From: Reclinomonas americana ATCC 50394
Lineage: Eukaryota
Direction: 5' to 3'
Assembly (NCBI GenBank): GCA_048213135.1
Contig: PS015126.1
Span: 62,001 to 93,140, forward strand
Length of the DNA: 31,140 bases
Position 1 is the first letter of the stretch. Each line of letters opens with the position of its first letter. Position numbers and translations under genes: made by a program. Shown here in pieces: positions 1 to 12,110 of the stretch. The notes below the pieces were generated by a model. The model made no database searches and was not told where the DNA came from. It saw nothing but the letters and a program-made list of their open reading frames with translations.

Positions 1-3000
1 GTGGCGACACCAGCGTGCCTGTCCACCCTTTGGACAAGACACCCTCAATCTGCCAGTCGGCAGCAACTGGAAAGGTCCAGAACTGCGACTGCACTTCCAT
101 CTGCAGTCCGCCGAGGCAGTCGGCATTGGCTGGACACGGTACACACGTCTGGTTGAATGCGCTCGTCGGCAGCGCGTACTCGCCAGGAGGGCATTGCTGG
201 CAGCCAATGTCCGTGTAACTGTAACCCGCAGGGCAGGCTGCCAGTGGCAATGAGAGCTGAGGTTGCGGGCCGACAAAGCCACCGCCAGAGCCAGTGGTGA
301 TGCTGATGCTCACAGAGTCACTGCTGTCGCGCAGGCGCGCACGAATGCCTTGAGTCGGATTCGCCCCACGCTCGACAATCGTCAACTGGAATGTCGCTGT
401 TCCAGCCACGGTCGACTCTGACAGAGAGCTTGTCTGCATATACGTGGACGGGGGGGTCGTCAGCGAGGAACAATCTTGAAAGAAGAGATGAGTAAGCACG
501 ACAAACCGCTGGGCTGCAACCCGAGGAGCAAGTGACATGGAACTGGGTGTTGTCCAGTGTCGACATAAATTGACCAAAGACATCCGTAGCGTTCACCTGT
601 ATCACGCGTGGCTTCTGTGGCGATGGATACAGCACATCACTGGTCGAGTCCATCATCACAGAGTACAGCGCTGCAGCAGAGCATGATGAGCCTTCAAAAG
701 ACAGGTAAACATATTTGTGCTCATCGCATTCAACGCAACTGCTGCCAACATCATTCGCCAGCAAGTTGCTGGCCAGGTTACCAGTGACGCTTAATTGCCG
801 CTGTTGCATCCACGACGACCATCCGCCAGCAGCAGCGAAGGACTGCGACACAGCGGCAAGCGTTGACGGCTTGCCACCACCGTTCCAAAAGATGCCGCCA
901 CCGGCTCCTTCGCCAACCAAGCGGGGTTGACCCAGAGGCGCCACCACTTGATTACCAAACACTGACACACCAAACAGGAGCACACCGACGGAACCCACTG
1001 TCGATTGAGTGATGTTAACGGCCAGACCGCCACCGCGTGCTCCACTCCAGTTGTTAGCAAATGTCGTTGAGATAAACGAAGTCACCGTCGTGTCAGCCAC
1101 AGACGCTCCGCCACCATCACCTCGCTCGGCCGTGTTGCTGACGAAACGAGTATTTGAGCAGCTGAGCATGGAAGAGCCTCCGGTAAAGAGTCCGCCACCA
1201 ACTGTAGTCGCCGTGTTGTTCATCAGCAGCGAGCCAGTGATGTTCACTTGTGGATTGTTGTCCGTGTATACACCACCACCGTTATCAGCCTGATTTCCCT
1301 CCACAGTCACTGCCGTCATTGCCACTTGCGCAGTCTCCGCTGCCGACACGCCACCACCACCACCACCATTGACACGATTGGCGAGCAGTCGAGATCCCCG
1401 TAGCGTGGTGCTTGAACTGCCAGCAGCATACAAAGCACCGCCCCACAATTGTGCCAGGCCGGCACTCAGCGTGCTGCCCGTATCCATCCACATTCCCAGT
1501 CCCTGTGAAGTCACATGACCGCCGGAAGTGGCAGCTGTGTTGCTCTGGAACTGGGTTGTGGACGATGTGACATTGGCCGTCTGGGACACGTACATGGCGC
1601 CTCCGGCCAGGGTGGCATTGTTGGCCAACATGATGCAGTTGGCGAGGCTGATCTGCGACACGCCGTCCGCATACACGCCACCACCATCTGCCGTTGCCTG
1701 ATTGCCGCTGATTGTAGTGCCAGTCAACGTGTGCTTGCTGTTCTGGTCAGTGAACATGCCACTACCGAATGGGGCAATGTTGCCAACAATTAACGCATTC
1801 GACCAAGACGACGAGGACCGCAGGTCGGCAAACATTCCACCACCGAAATGAAGCGCGTTGTTGTTGTGCACACTAGAGCCACTCAACACGGCAAGCGTGG
1901 CGGTAGCCGTGAGAAACAACCCACCACCGCTCTGCACAGCTTGATTCCTGTTCACCACAGATTGTGATTGAATCTGCAAGTTTGCCTGCTCGGCACGCAC
2001 AGCAAGACCGCCACCATACAGCGCCGTGTTGCTGGAGATACTGGTGTTGCTGATCGTGGCTGTGGTGGCCACCTCGCTGAGCACCACTCCACCACCGTAT
2101 CCGTCAGGCGCTGAGTTGGACGTGACGAAAGAGTCCATGATCTTGCAGCCCTGACCACTCATGGCCACGCCGCCACCACCCGCTTCCAGCGCAGTGTTCC
2201 CCGAGACATGAGATGCAGAGAGAACAGACTGTGTTCCCACCAGCACACCGCCACCAGTAACGAGCTCGCCAGACACGGAGTTGCCCGAGATGACACATCC
2301 AGTGGCCGAGCTTGATGCGTCGAGTAGCATTGCGCCACCTCCATGAGAGCGACCGGTAATGACAAGTGGGACAGACGATTGCACAGAGTTGCCAGTCAGG
2401 GTGGACGAGGAAACCGCGGCACCGTCAACGGCGAGCACCGCACCGCCACCGCAGAATCCACCAGAAGGATACAGCGCATTGCCAGCACCAGCATCCTCGA
2501 CGCGGTTGTCGACAAACTGAGAAGCGGAGAGGGATGCGGGCGAGTTCACCAACAGCACGGCACCACCACCGTTGTGGTTGCTGCCTTGCCCGTTGAGAGT
2601 GTTGCTGAGGCCACCCGCACCGTCACGGAGAGACTGGTTGCCGATAAATGTGCAATTGGAAACGCTGAATGTGCCCTGAGAGAGAAGAACAAAATGACGA
2701 GTGAGTGTACTTGGTGGACGAGAAAGTGAGCAACAGAACGGTGCAACTGTTGTTGTCGACGGTGCAACCAGCAACGCTGCTCCACCGCCATTGAAGCCAC
2801 CAAAAGAGGCGCCGATTGTACTGTTGAAACCGCCCGCACCATTGTGCCACGATGTGTTGTTGAGAAACAGGGACTGGCTGAGCGTCTGCATGGTGGTGGT
2901 GAGAGACTCAGGACTCTACGAAGACGGATGCACTCGGAGACAGGCAGACGGACCAGGAAAGACGCAGAACTTGGGGTGGAGAAGACAAGCAGTGCGCCTC

Positions 3001-5679
3001 CGCCGGAGAATGTTGAGAGGCTGCTTCCGGACGACGAGTTCCCGCTGCCTCCATTGCCTATGTCAAAGATGAGCAGGAGTGACTCGCTGACTCGGTAAAT
3101 CTTACGATTGCAGGATGAGAGTGGAGATCACCATTACCACCAGCGGAGTTGTTGAAGAAAGCACCGCCAGAGATCTAGTCAACAGCAATGTGCAACAAAT
3201 GAGTGACGCTCTGAGACACTTGATGCAGATGACAGTCAGAACCTCGAGAATGCCAGGAAGAGCGGCCAGGACGGCACCACCGCCACTGGCTGAGCTTGTG
3301 GCATCACCGCGGTCGGTATTGCTGCCTCCAACAGCATTCCTTGAAGCCACATTGGAGAGGAATGTACAGTCTCGTAAGACCGCCTGCTCACACGTGATGG
3401 TGAGATCAGGTAGCTATGCAGATAGACGATGCAGCGAGAAACCGTGTTCGTGTTGCTCGCGAGCGAGAGGAGCAGCGCGCCACCTCCATTTTGAGAACTT
3501 GATGCGTTGTTAGTGAGTTGACTCGATCCACCGTTTCCATTAGAGTTGGCCTCGTTGCTATCGAAGCGACAACCCACAATTATCTGTTTGTGGGACTGTG
3601 TGAGGATCAGATATACAATGATGATAACAACGACGTGGGTACGAACCAGATTCGATGTCGAGCCAGCGACAATCACTTCCAGAATCGCTCCACCTCCATT
3701 CCCGGTGCTCGAAGCATTGGCCGAACCTACGCCTGCCGACGCACGAAAACATCCGCATGTTAAAATCGTAAACCACGAGATTGCAATGCCGTTGCCATCG
3801 TGGTGGCGTAGGCGGCCTCACCCGTATAGCTGTTACCACCACTCCCATTGTTATTAGCAGCATTCGATGTAAAGGTGCAGTTGCTGATGGTCTACGATAC
3901 GAGCCAGAGGAAGATGAGGTCAACAATGATAACACCTCTTCTCATGAGAGGAACACAAATATATGTCGAAAAACAATCTCACTCGAATCAGACAGCCCAT
4001 CAATTGGAGAGAGAACAAGAACAAACCTGGATTGAAGAAGTGACGGTGCTGATCAGCATGACACCACCACCATTCGTGCCACCGCTGCTATCCGCACTCG
4101 TTCCGTAGGCTGCAGGCAATAGGCATATATCAAACGGGTAAACCACACGTGCAATCAATCGCACACTCACGCACGCATCTTACAAAAGAATAAACCGCAA
4201 ACCCAGAACAACATGCACCACCACACGTGCATGTACCTACATACTACTCACCTGCAATTCCACCATTCCCATTGTAGCTTGCAGTATTCGACGTGAAGGT
4301 GCAGTTGCTGATGGTCTACAACAACAACAACAACAAAGTCTCCGTCAACACCAACAGCAACAAGACGCACACAAAGTGAGAGAGACACGGAACAAACAAT
4401 CTCTCAACTCATTCCAAGCTTGTGCAAACAGACATCAGAAATCAAAGAGAAAGAACAGAGAGCGAGAGAGAGAACCGACCTGGTTTGTAGAAGTACCGGA
4501 GCTAATCAGCATGACACCACCTCCATTCGTGTCACTGCTGCTATCCGCACTCGCACCGCCTACAAGCAAAGAGCACACATCAACCAGGTCAACCGCACAT
4601 GTAATCAACCACACACTCACATCTCACATAAAGAAAAACCGCAACACCAGAAAACATGCACCACCACACATGTCATGCATACTACTCACTGTTTATAGAA
4701 CCGCCAATCCCATTGTAGCTTGCAGTATTCCATGTGAAGGTGCAGTTGCTGATGGTCTGCAACAACAACAACAACAACAACAAGTAAGGTCTCCGTTAAC
4801 AACAAAAAGACGCACAAAAAGTGAGAGCTACACGAAAGCAAACGATCTCTCAACTCATTCCAAGGTTATGCAATCAGAAAACAAAACAGTCAGAAAGAAA
4901 GAACAGAGAGAGAGAGAATACCTGGCTTGTGGATGCACTGGCGATGATCAACATGACACCTCCACCATTCGTGTTACTGCTGCTATCCACACTTGTACCG
5001 GCTGCAAGCAAAGAGCACACATAAACCATGTCAACAATCGACCACACACAAAAGAAAAACCGCGACTTCAGAACAACATACACCACACATGCACACACCA
5101 GGTGATTCATACGACTCACCTCCAATTCCACCATTCCCATTGTAGCTTGCAGTATTCGATATGAAGGTGCAGCTGCTAACGATAGTCTGCAGCACAACAC
5201 CGACAACAACAACAACAACATCAGGAGAGAAAGAGAGGTCTCCGTCGGCAACAACAACAAGACGCACACAAAGTGAGAGTGCCAGGAAAACAAACAATCT
5301 CTCAACTCATTCCAAGCTTGTGCAAACAGGCAACGAAACAATGAAAGAAAGAGAGAGAACACACCTGGCTTGTAGATGTAGCAAAATAGGCGTTAATCAG
5401 CATGACACCACCGCCATTCGTGCCACTGCTGCAATCCGCACTTCCGCTACTATTTGCTACAACTGCACGGCAACCATCTACCGGGTCAACCGTGCGTGCA
5501 CTCAACCACATACAGTATATACACATTTCACATCAAGATAAACTGCAGCATCAGAACAACAAACACCACATATGCACACACCAACAGTCTACTCACCTTT
5601 AACAGAACCAGCATTCCCATTGTAGCTTGCAGCATTCGATGTGAAGGTGCAGTTGCTGATGGTCTGCAACAACAGCACC

Positions 5680-5737
<58 letters not shown>

Positions 5738-8700
5738 GCAGCAGCAGCAGCAGCAGCAAAAAAACTGAGCAACAAAGGAATTACGCAGTAGCAACACGGA
5801 TAACCCCGGCAACAACAACCACAACCACAACAATAATTATAATAATAGCAAGACACAACAACAAGACGCAAACAAAGTGAGAGTGACACGAAAACAACAA
5901 TCTCTCAACTCATTCCAAGCTTGTGTGCAAACAGACAAAGAAACAAGCAGAAAGAGCGTGTGTGCGAGAGAGAACACACCTGGCTTGCAATACCAATAGC
6001 GGAGATCAAGATGACGCCACCACCATTCGCGAAACTTGTGCTGTCAGCACTTCCGCTTCCATTTGCTGCGAGTACAAGGCATACATCAACCAGGTCAGTC
6101 GTACGCGCAAACAACCCCCCACGCGCACACATTTCAAGAAAAAATCAACCGCAACATAAGAACAACATGCACCACACGTACACACACCAAGTGTCTACTC
6201 ACCAATTACAGAACCCCCATTTCCGTTGCTGTTTGCTGTATTCGATGTGAAGGTGCAGTTGCTGATGGTCTACAACAACAACAACATCAACAACAACAAT
6301 AACAGAAGAGGTCTTCGTCAACAACAAGAAGACGCACACAATAGTGACTGATGTGAAAACAAACAATCTCTCAACTCATTCCAAGCTCATGCAAGAAGAA
6401 AACAAAACAATCAGATGGGAGAGAGAGAACAAACCAGGTTTGCTGAGGTACTGGAGTTGATCAGCACGACACCGCCACCATTCGCGAAACCGCTGCTGCT
6501 GTACGCATTCGTACCGGCTGCAAGGAAAAGGCATCCATCAAACGCGTACGGGTGAACCGTACGTACACTCAACCACGCTCACGCGCATACTTCACAATAG
6601 GATAAACCGCGCACTAGAGCCACATGCACCACACATGCACACACCAAGTGCGATTCATACGACTCACATGTACCACCGTTTCCGTTGAAGCTTGCTGTAT
6701 TCGATGTGAAGGTGCAGTTGCTGATGGTCTGTAACAACAAGAACAAGTGAGGTCTCCGTCAACAAGACGCACACAAGTGAGAGTGACACGAAACAAGCAA
6801 ACTCTAAACTCATTCCAAGCTTGTGTAAGCAGACAGCAAAACCAGAAAGAGAGATAACACACCTGACTTGTTGAGGTACCGGCGTTGATCAGCATGACAC
6901 CACCACCGTTCGTGTTACTTCTGCTATCCGCACTTCCGCTTCCATTTGCTGCAAGTACAAGGCAACCATCAACCAGGTCAACCGTACGTTGCACTCAACC
7001 ACACACACACACACCCACCACACGCACAAACACATTTCAAGGAAAGATGAACCTCAACACAAGAAAAACATGCAGTCTGCACCATACATGCACACTCCAA
7101 GTGCCTACTCACCATTCACAGAACCACCATTCCCATTGCTGCTTGCAGTGTTGGATGCGAAAGTGCAGTCGCTTATGGTCTGAGTGATCTATGGGATTAT
7201 TCTGTAAATAACGCTGTGCCGGTGACACGAGGCCTACTCGTACGACGCGCAGACCTGCTGATTCACACCGGCAAACAACAAGACACCGCCTCCAGCAATA
7301 TTGGCAGATGACGACGAGTCGGAAGAACCCAAATTTCGCGAGCCTCCATTTGAATTCAGATCCGCGTTGTTGAACATGAATGACGATCCAGTGATCTACC
7401 GATGCCGACAAATAAGTGACAACGTTTTTCCTGATAATATAGGTGATCGCGTCACCCAACACAGACCGTCTGCGTGGATATGCCTGCTCCTGCATAGTAC
7501 GACCAAATCACTCCTCCACCGACTTGCGAACCAACGGCATCACCAGATCCTTTGTTGTTGTTCCCACCGTTTGCATTCGCTGATGCCGAGTTGTTGAGGA
7601 ACAGGCCGTTTGTGATCTGTGAGAGGGGAAGGGGGGATTGAGGGAAAGGGGAAGGGGAGAGAAAGGGAAAGAGAAGGGGAAGAGAAGGGGGAAGAGATGG
7701 GGGGAAGAGAAGGGAAAGACATGGGGAAGACGAAGGGGGGAGAGAGCGGGGAAGTAGGGGGAAAGAGGGGAAGGAGGGGAAGGAGGGGGAANNNNNNNNN
7801 NNNNNNNNNNNNNNNNNNNNNNNNNNNNNNNNNNNNNNNNNNNNNNNNNNNNNNNNNNNNNNNNNNNNNNNNNNNNNNNNNNNNNNNNNNNNNNNNNNNN
7901 NNNNNNNNNNNNNNNNNNNNNNNNNNNNNNNNNNNNNNNNNNNNNNNNNNNNNNNNNNNNNNNNNNNNNNNNNNNNNNNNNNNNNNNNNNNNNNNNNNNN
8001 NNNNNNNNNNNNNNNNNNNNNNNNNNNNNNNNNNNNNNNNNNNNNNNNNNNNNNNNNNNNNNNNNNNNNNNNNNNNNNNNNNNNNNNNNNNNNNNNNNNN
8101 NNNNNNNNNNNNNNNNNNNNNNNNNNNNNAGGAGTGGGGAAGTGGATGGGCGAAGGCAGAGGGAAGAGTGGGGGAAGAGTGGGGGACGTGGATGGGGGAA
8201 GACGATGGGGGAAGAGTGGGGGACGTGGATGGGGGAAGACGATGGGGGATGAGTGGGAGAAGAGTGGGGGGGAAGAGTGGGGGGGAAGAGTGGGGGAAGA
8301 GTGGGGGGAAGAGTGGGGGGGAGAGTGGAGGAAGAGAGAGAGGGAAGAGGGAGCCATGGGGAAAGAGTGACTGGCAAGTCCACCTCACCTCTAACGTAGC
8401 AGTTCCATTTGTCCACACAACGCCACCACCACAGTTGCTCCCCGAGTTTCCATCTCCTGCAAGATTGCTGCCCCCGATGCAGCTGTCTGAGGCACGATTT
8501 CCAGTCGCCGAAACATTCTGCGGGGTGAGTGTTTATCAGCACGACATGAAGCCACACCTTGACGTCCCACTACGTGATCACAAACCCTCATCAAAACAGA
8601 CGTGGACGAGGTGGAAGATACAAAGAAAGCCCACACAGCTCCACCGCCGGCTTGCTGACCGCCGGTGGCATTTGTTATGCTACAGCCAGTCGATGGGCAT

Positions 8701-10067
8701 TGCACTCCACTGGCACTGCCAGTTACCGAGTTGCCCGCAAAGGAAGTGCCTTGGAAGCCGACATGCAACGCATTCTTGACCAACAGGCCACCGCCACCCA
8801 CATTGGCGAATCCGTTGGGTGAGTTGAGGTCACCATTACCGCATTGGAACACCGTGTTGTTCGCCCACACGCCACCCACATCAGACACCGTGGCCGACGT
8901 GGGATCCGTCACATACACAGCACCGCCGCCAACGTTGCTGTTGGTGAGGTTCATCGCCGTGTTGTTGACGAAATGGGTGCCGACCGCGTTGACGATCACC
9001 CCACCCGTTCCTTGCACGAACACGGCACCGCCACCCGCACTACCCGACGATGTTGCCGTGTTGCCCGACCCAACAACCGTGTTGCTGGAAAACACGCTGT
9101 CTTGGAGGGAGACAGTGGCAGCAGCGGCGAGGTTGACCAGCGACATGGCGGCTCCAGAGGCATCATCACCGACCTTGGTGCAAGCGTGCCACGTCGAACC
9201 CGAGACTTGAACGACCGAGAAGGGACCGGAGGCGAGTACAGCTGAGGACTGCGTGCCACGTGCGGCAGCGCGATGGTTCACAAACTGCGTGTTGGTGATG
9301 GTGAGGGAGGCGGTGGAGGTGGAGGGTAGGGCAGTGGCATCCAGGTGGAGGGCGCCCGCCGTGGAGCCTGTGAACAGGCAGTTGGAGATCACGACTTGCG
9401 GCGACACGGTGGTGGCCAACGCGCTCCACGAGACCGCCGGCTGACCGCCTGTCACAGTGAGGCCAGTCATCTCGCAACGCGGCGAGTCCTGCACGAGAAT
9501 GGGAAATGCTGATGCTTGCAAGATGGGCGACGACGATGGCGATGTGGACTGGAGAGTGATGTTGCGACCTGCAACGGTGGTGTTAGATCCTTTGTTACCT
9601 GCCCGTCCCTTCATCTCCATACCCGTGTAGTGTAACTCTATTAGCTGTTCTCTGCCCCTTGTTCTCTTGGCTCCTAACCCTTGCTCTGTTGCTTGACCCG
9701 TCACCCGATCACCAGGGTACACACCTTGTGACCGGCATTGACGAAAGTCGAGAAGGGACCAACAGTGGTCGAAAGTGAGAGCGACAAATAATCAAAGGTG
9801 GTGGTATCAACCAATAGGAGTCTCGAGTGTGCCTTCCAGGAATTTTCAGTCGCAGTGTGTGCATGTGTGCCATTTGTGCGCATGTATGCGTGTCTTTCTA
9901 ATTCACTTTCTGCGTATCTCTTGGTTGCCTGTCACGCTGCTGTCTTATTTCGAGCGCGCACTTTCTCACTCTCTAACTCGCTCTCTCTCTCTCTCCCTCT
10001 CAGTGTTGTGTGCGGTTATGTGTGTGGGTGAGAGAGAGAATGAGCGGAGAGTGACATGTGTCAAAGG

Positions 10068-10136
<69 letters not shown>

Positions 10137-10527
10137 CGACGAGAAAGAGCGTGTTCGAAAAACGAGACAGCAGAGTGACCGGCAACAAGGAAAAAATGGA
10201 GAAAGACGAGCATACGCAATAACACACACATACACACACGCGCACAGAGAGAGAAAGAGAGACAGGAGTGTTTGCATCTGGGCACACTCACCAGCGAGGG
10301 AGAGAGGCTCAGTCAAGACAAATGTGTCTGCAGAGAACAGCACTTGCAGACCCCACTCGAATGATGTAGCTGGGTAACCGCGCTGAGCACACGATGCCAT
10401 GATCTGGCTGAGTGCGCACGGAGTGCTGGTATCGCCACAAGGTGTAGTTGAGGAACCGGCGGCAGCGACATTCACTGGCGAGTGTACATGATGAATGTCA
10501 GTATCTTACACACACCCACACACACAC

Positions 10528-10581
<54 letters not shown>

Positions 10582-10813
10582 CTGCACAAAGAGACGACGG
10601 AGGCGCAGATGGAGGGGCAAAAGTGCGCTCGTCCGTCCGAAGAGAGAATCCGCGCTCATCTGACTGGGGGCCGGTGCGTTCGGAATTCAAGTTGGACACG
10701 TCACTCCGCTCTCGAATCCCCCGTGTGATCGCAGTGGAGGGCAGTGTGGCAAGGGAGAAAAGCACCGCGGTTGTCCACACACACACCAACAACAAGCGGC
10801 AAGTGTCTCGCAT
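1..10813 (-). CDS. Large secreted/surface protein with polymorphic-membrane-protein (PMP)/pectin-lyase-like right-handed beta-helix repeats and a Cys-rich (ephrin-receptor-like/GCC2_GCC3-type) region; about 30 exons, 3' end runs off the window
   Basis: ATG at 10813 gives a signal-peptide-like MRDTCRLLLVCVWTTAVLFSLATLPSTA. Phase-consistent GT-AG exons: 10813-10582, 10474-10292, 9568-8586, 8517-8389, 7616-7467, 7395-7255, 16 cassette exons in 7179-3647, 3583-3443, 3383-3243, 3174-3138, 3057-2954, 2885-2748, 2675-740, 691-507, 433-<1 (about 6.1 kb coding). Many FxxN...GGG[AV][LIV] motifs. The last exon reads ACPAGYSYTDIGCQQCPPGEYALPTSAFNQTCVPCPANADCLGGLQMEVQSQFW. The gap at 7792-8129 could hide more exons. 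Confidence 0.9.
3647..7179 (-). repeat. Tandem array of 8 two-exon cassettes (exon A + intron + exon B + intron), unit about 420-600 bp
   Basis: A exons (consensus TISNCTFTSNTASYNGNGG..): 7179-7113, 6728-6668, 6269-6203, 5663-5597, 5186-5120, 4756-4690, 4315-4252, 3891-3822. B exons (..SADSSSxTNGGGVMLIxxxxSTSQ): 6948-6863, 6517-6435, 6065-5980, 5456-5365, 5001-4922, 4559-4480, 4109-4027, 3732-3647. The introns are also homologous between units. Confidence 0.93.
5667..5757 (+). repeat. (CAA)n/(CAG)n microsatellite, intronic, immediately upstream of a cassette exon-A acceptor on the minus strand
   Basis: Visible run of caacaacaa...cagcagcag; shorter (CAA)n runs occupy the same position in other units. 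Confidence 0.95.
10069..10580. repeat. (CA)n and (GA)n microsatellites in introns 1-2 of the beta-helix gene
   Basis: Dinucleotide runs at about 10069-10131 and 10508-10580. Confidence 0.9.
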
Positions 10814-11159
10814 TACACGAGCAATACAACGCAATTGTCTGCAAACCAACGAGCGCACACGCACACACACATGCGCGCGCACACATACACCTTGTCAACA
10901 GAGGGCGGAGAAGGAACACAGAGTGACGGTCTTCGCACCTGTTCTTATTGTGGATTCAGGCGTCGTCCGTCCGCCGGGTCTCCATTTTTGAATTCAATGG
11001 AGATTGCGGACTGATTTCTCCGAGACAGAAGAGAGAGGCAGGAAACGTGAGTGTAAGTGGAAGAGGGAGAGAGGGAAGAGTGACAAAGAATGAGGGAGAA
11101 GAGAAGGGAGGAGACAGAAAAAAGGAAAGAGACAAAGAATGAGGGGGAAGAGAGAAGGG

Positions 11160-11194
<35 letters not shown>

Positions 11195-11942
11195 GAGGGA
11201 GGAGGAAGGAGGAGGAGAGAGGAGGNNNNNNNNNNNNNNNNNNNNNNNNNNNNNNNNNNNNNNNNNNNNNNNNNNNNNNNNNNNNNNNNNNNNNNNNNNN
11301 NNNNNNNNNNNNNNNNNNNNNNNNNNNNNNNNNNNNNNNNNNNNNNNNNNNNNNNNNNNNNNNNNNNNNNNNNNNNNNNNNNNNNNNNNNNNNNNNNNNN
11401 NNNNNNNNNNNNNNNNNNNNNNNNNNNNNNNNNNNNNNNNNNNNNNNNNNNNNNNNNNNNNNNNNNNNNNNNNNNNNNNNNNNNNNNNNNNNNNNNNNNN
11501 NNNNNNNNNNNNNNNNNNNNNNNNNNNNNNNNNNNNNNNNNNNNNNNNNNNNNNNNNNNNNNNNNNNNNNNNNNNNNNNNNNNNNNNNNNNNNNNNNNNN
11601 NNNNNNNNNNNNNNNNNNNNNNNNNNNNNNNNNNNNNNNNNNNNNNNNNNNNNNNNNNNNNNNNNNNNNNNNNNNNNNNNNNNNNNNNNNNNNNNNNNNN
11701 NNNNNNNNNNNNNNNNNNNNNNNNNNNNNNNNNNNNNNNNNNNNNNNNNNNNNNNNNNNNNNNNNNNNNNNNNNNNNNNNNNNNNNNNNNNNNNNNNNNN
11801 NNNNNNNNNNNNNNNNNNNNNNNNNNNNNNNNNNNNNNNNNNNNNNNNNNNNNNNNNNNNNNNNNNNNNNNNNNNNNNNNNNNNNNNNNNNNNNAGAGAG
11901 GGAGGGAGGAAGGGAGAGGGAGACAGAGGGAGTGACGCGCAC

Positions 11943-12110
11943 CATGCGGATCTGACTGCCGTCGAACTTGTGCCACAACACGTGCATCTCAATGCTGTCG
12001 CGCGGCAGGCAGACATACTTGGCCTCCTCTCCGTCGCTGTCTGCAAAGAGCACACGGAAGCCGAGTGATTCGTAAACGGCGATGGAGGCACAGGGAGCAC
12101 GGCGGAAGGG
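11943..12110 (-). pseudogene. Frameshifted VOC-superfamily (glyoxalase/bleomycin-resistance-like) gene fragment
   Basis: AVLPV (12103-12089) in one frame, then ASIAVYESLGFRVLFADSDGEEAKYVCLPRDSIEMHVLWHKFDGSQIRM in another. This matches the VOC pattern VLPVxDxxxSxxFYxxLGF...Y..LxRDxIExHL with the xDxx residues deleted. Ends at a GTGCGC donor at 11942; the rest probably lies in the gap. Confidence 0.65.

Noticed and set aside
5454-5889. Poly-Q/poly-N/poly-C/poly-V ORFs
   Set aside because: Translations of an intronic (CAA)n microsatellite
3850-7180. Regularly spaced conserved blocks with variable spacers, superficially CRISPR-like
   Set aside because: The units are 420-600 bp exon/intron duplications with homologous 'spacers'; eukaryotic context and no cas genes
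9701-9850. Coding-looking stretch (LLLVDTTTFDYLSLSL..) in intron 2 of the beta-helix gene
   Set aside because: No splice sites in compatible phase for that frame; exons 2 and 3 join cleanly (EPLSLAGRNITLQ) without it
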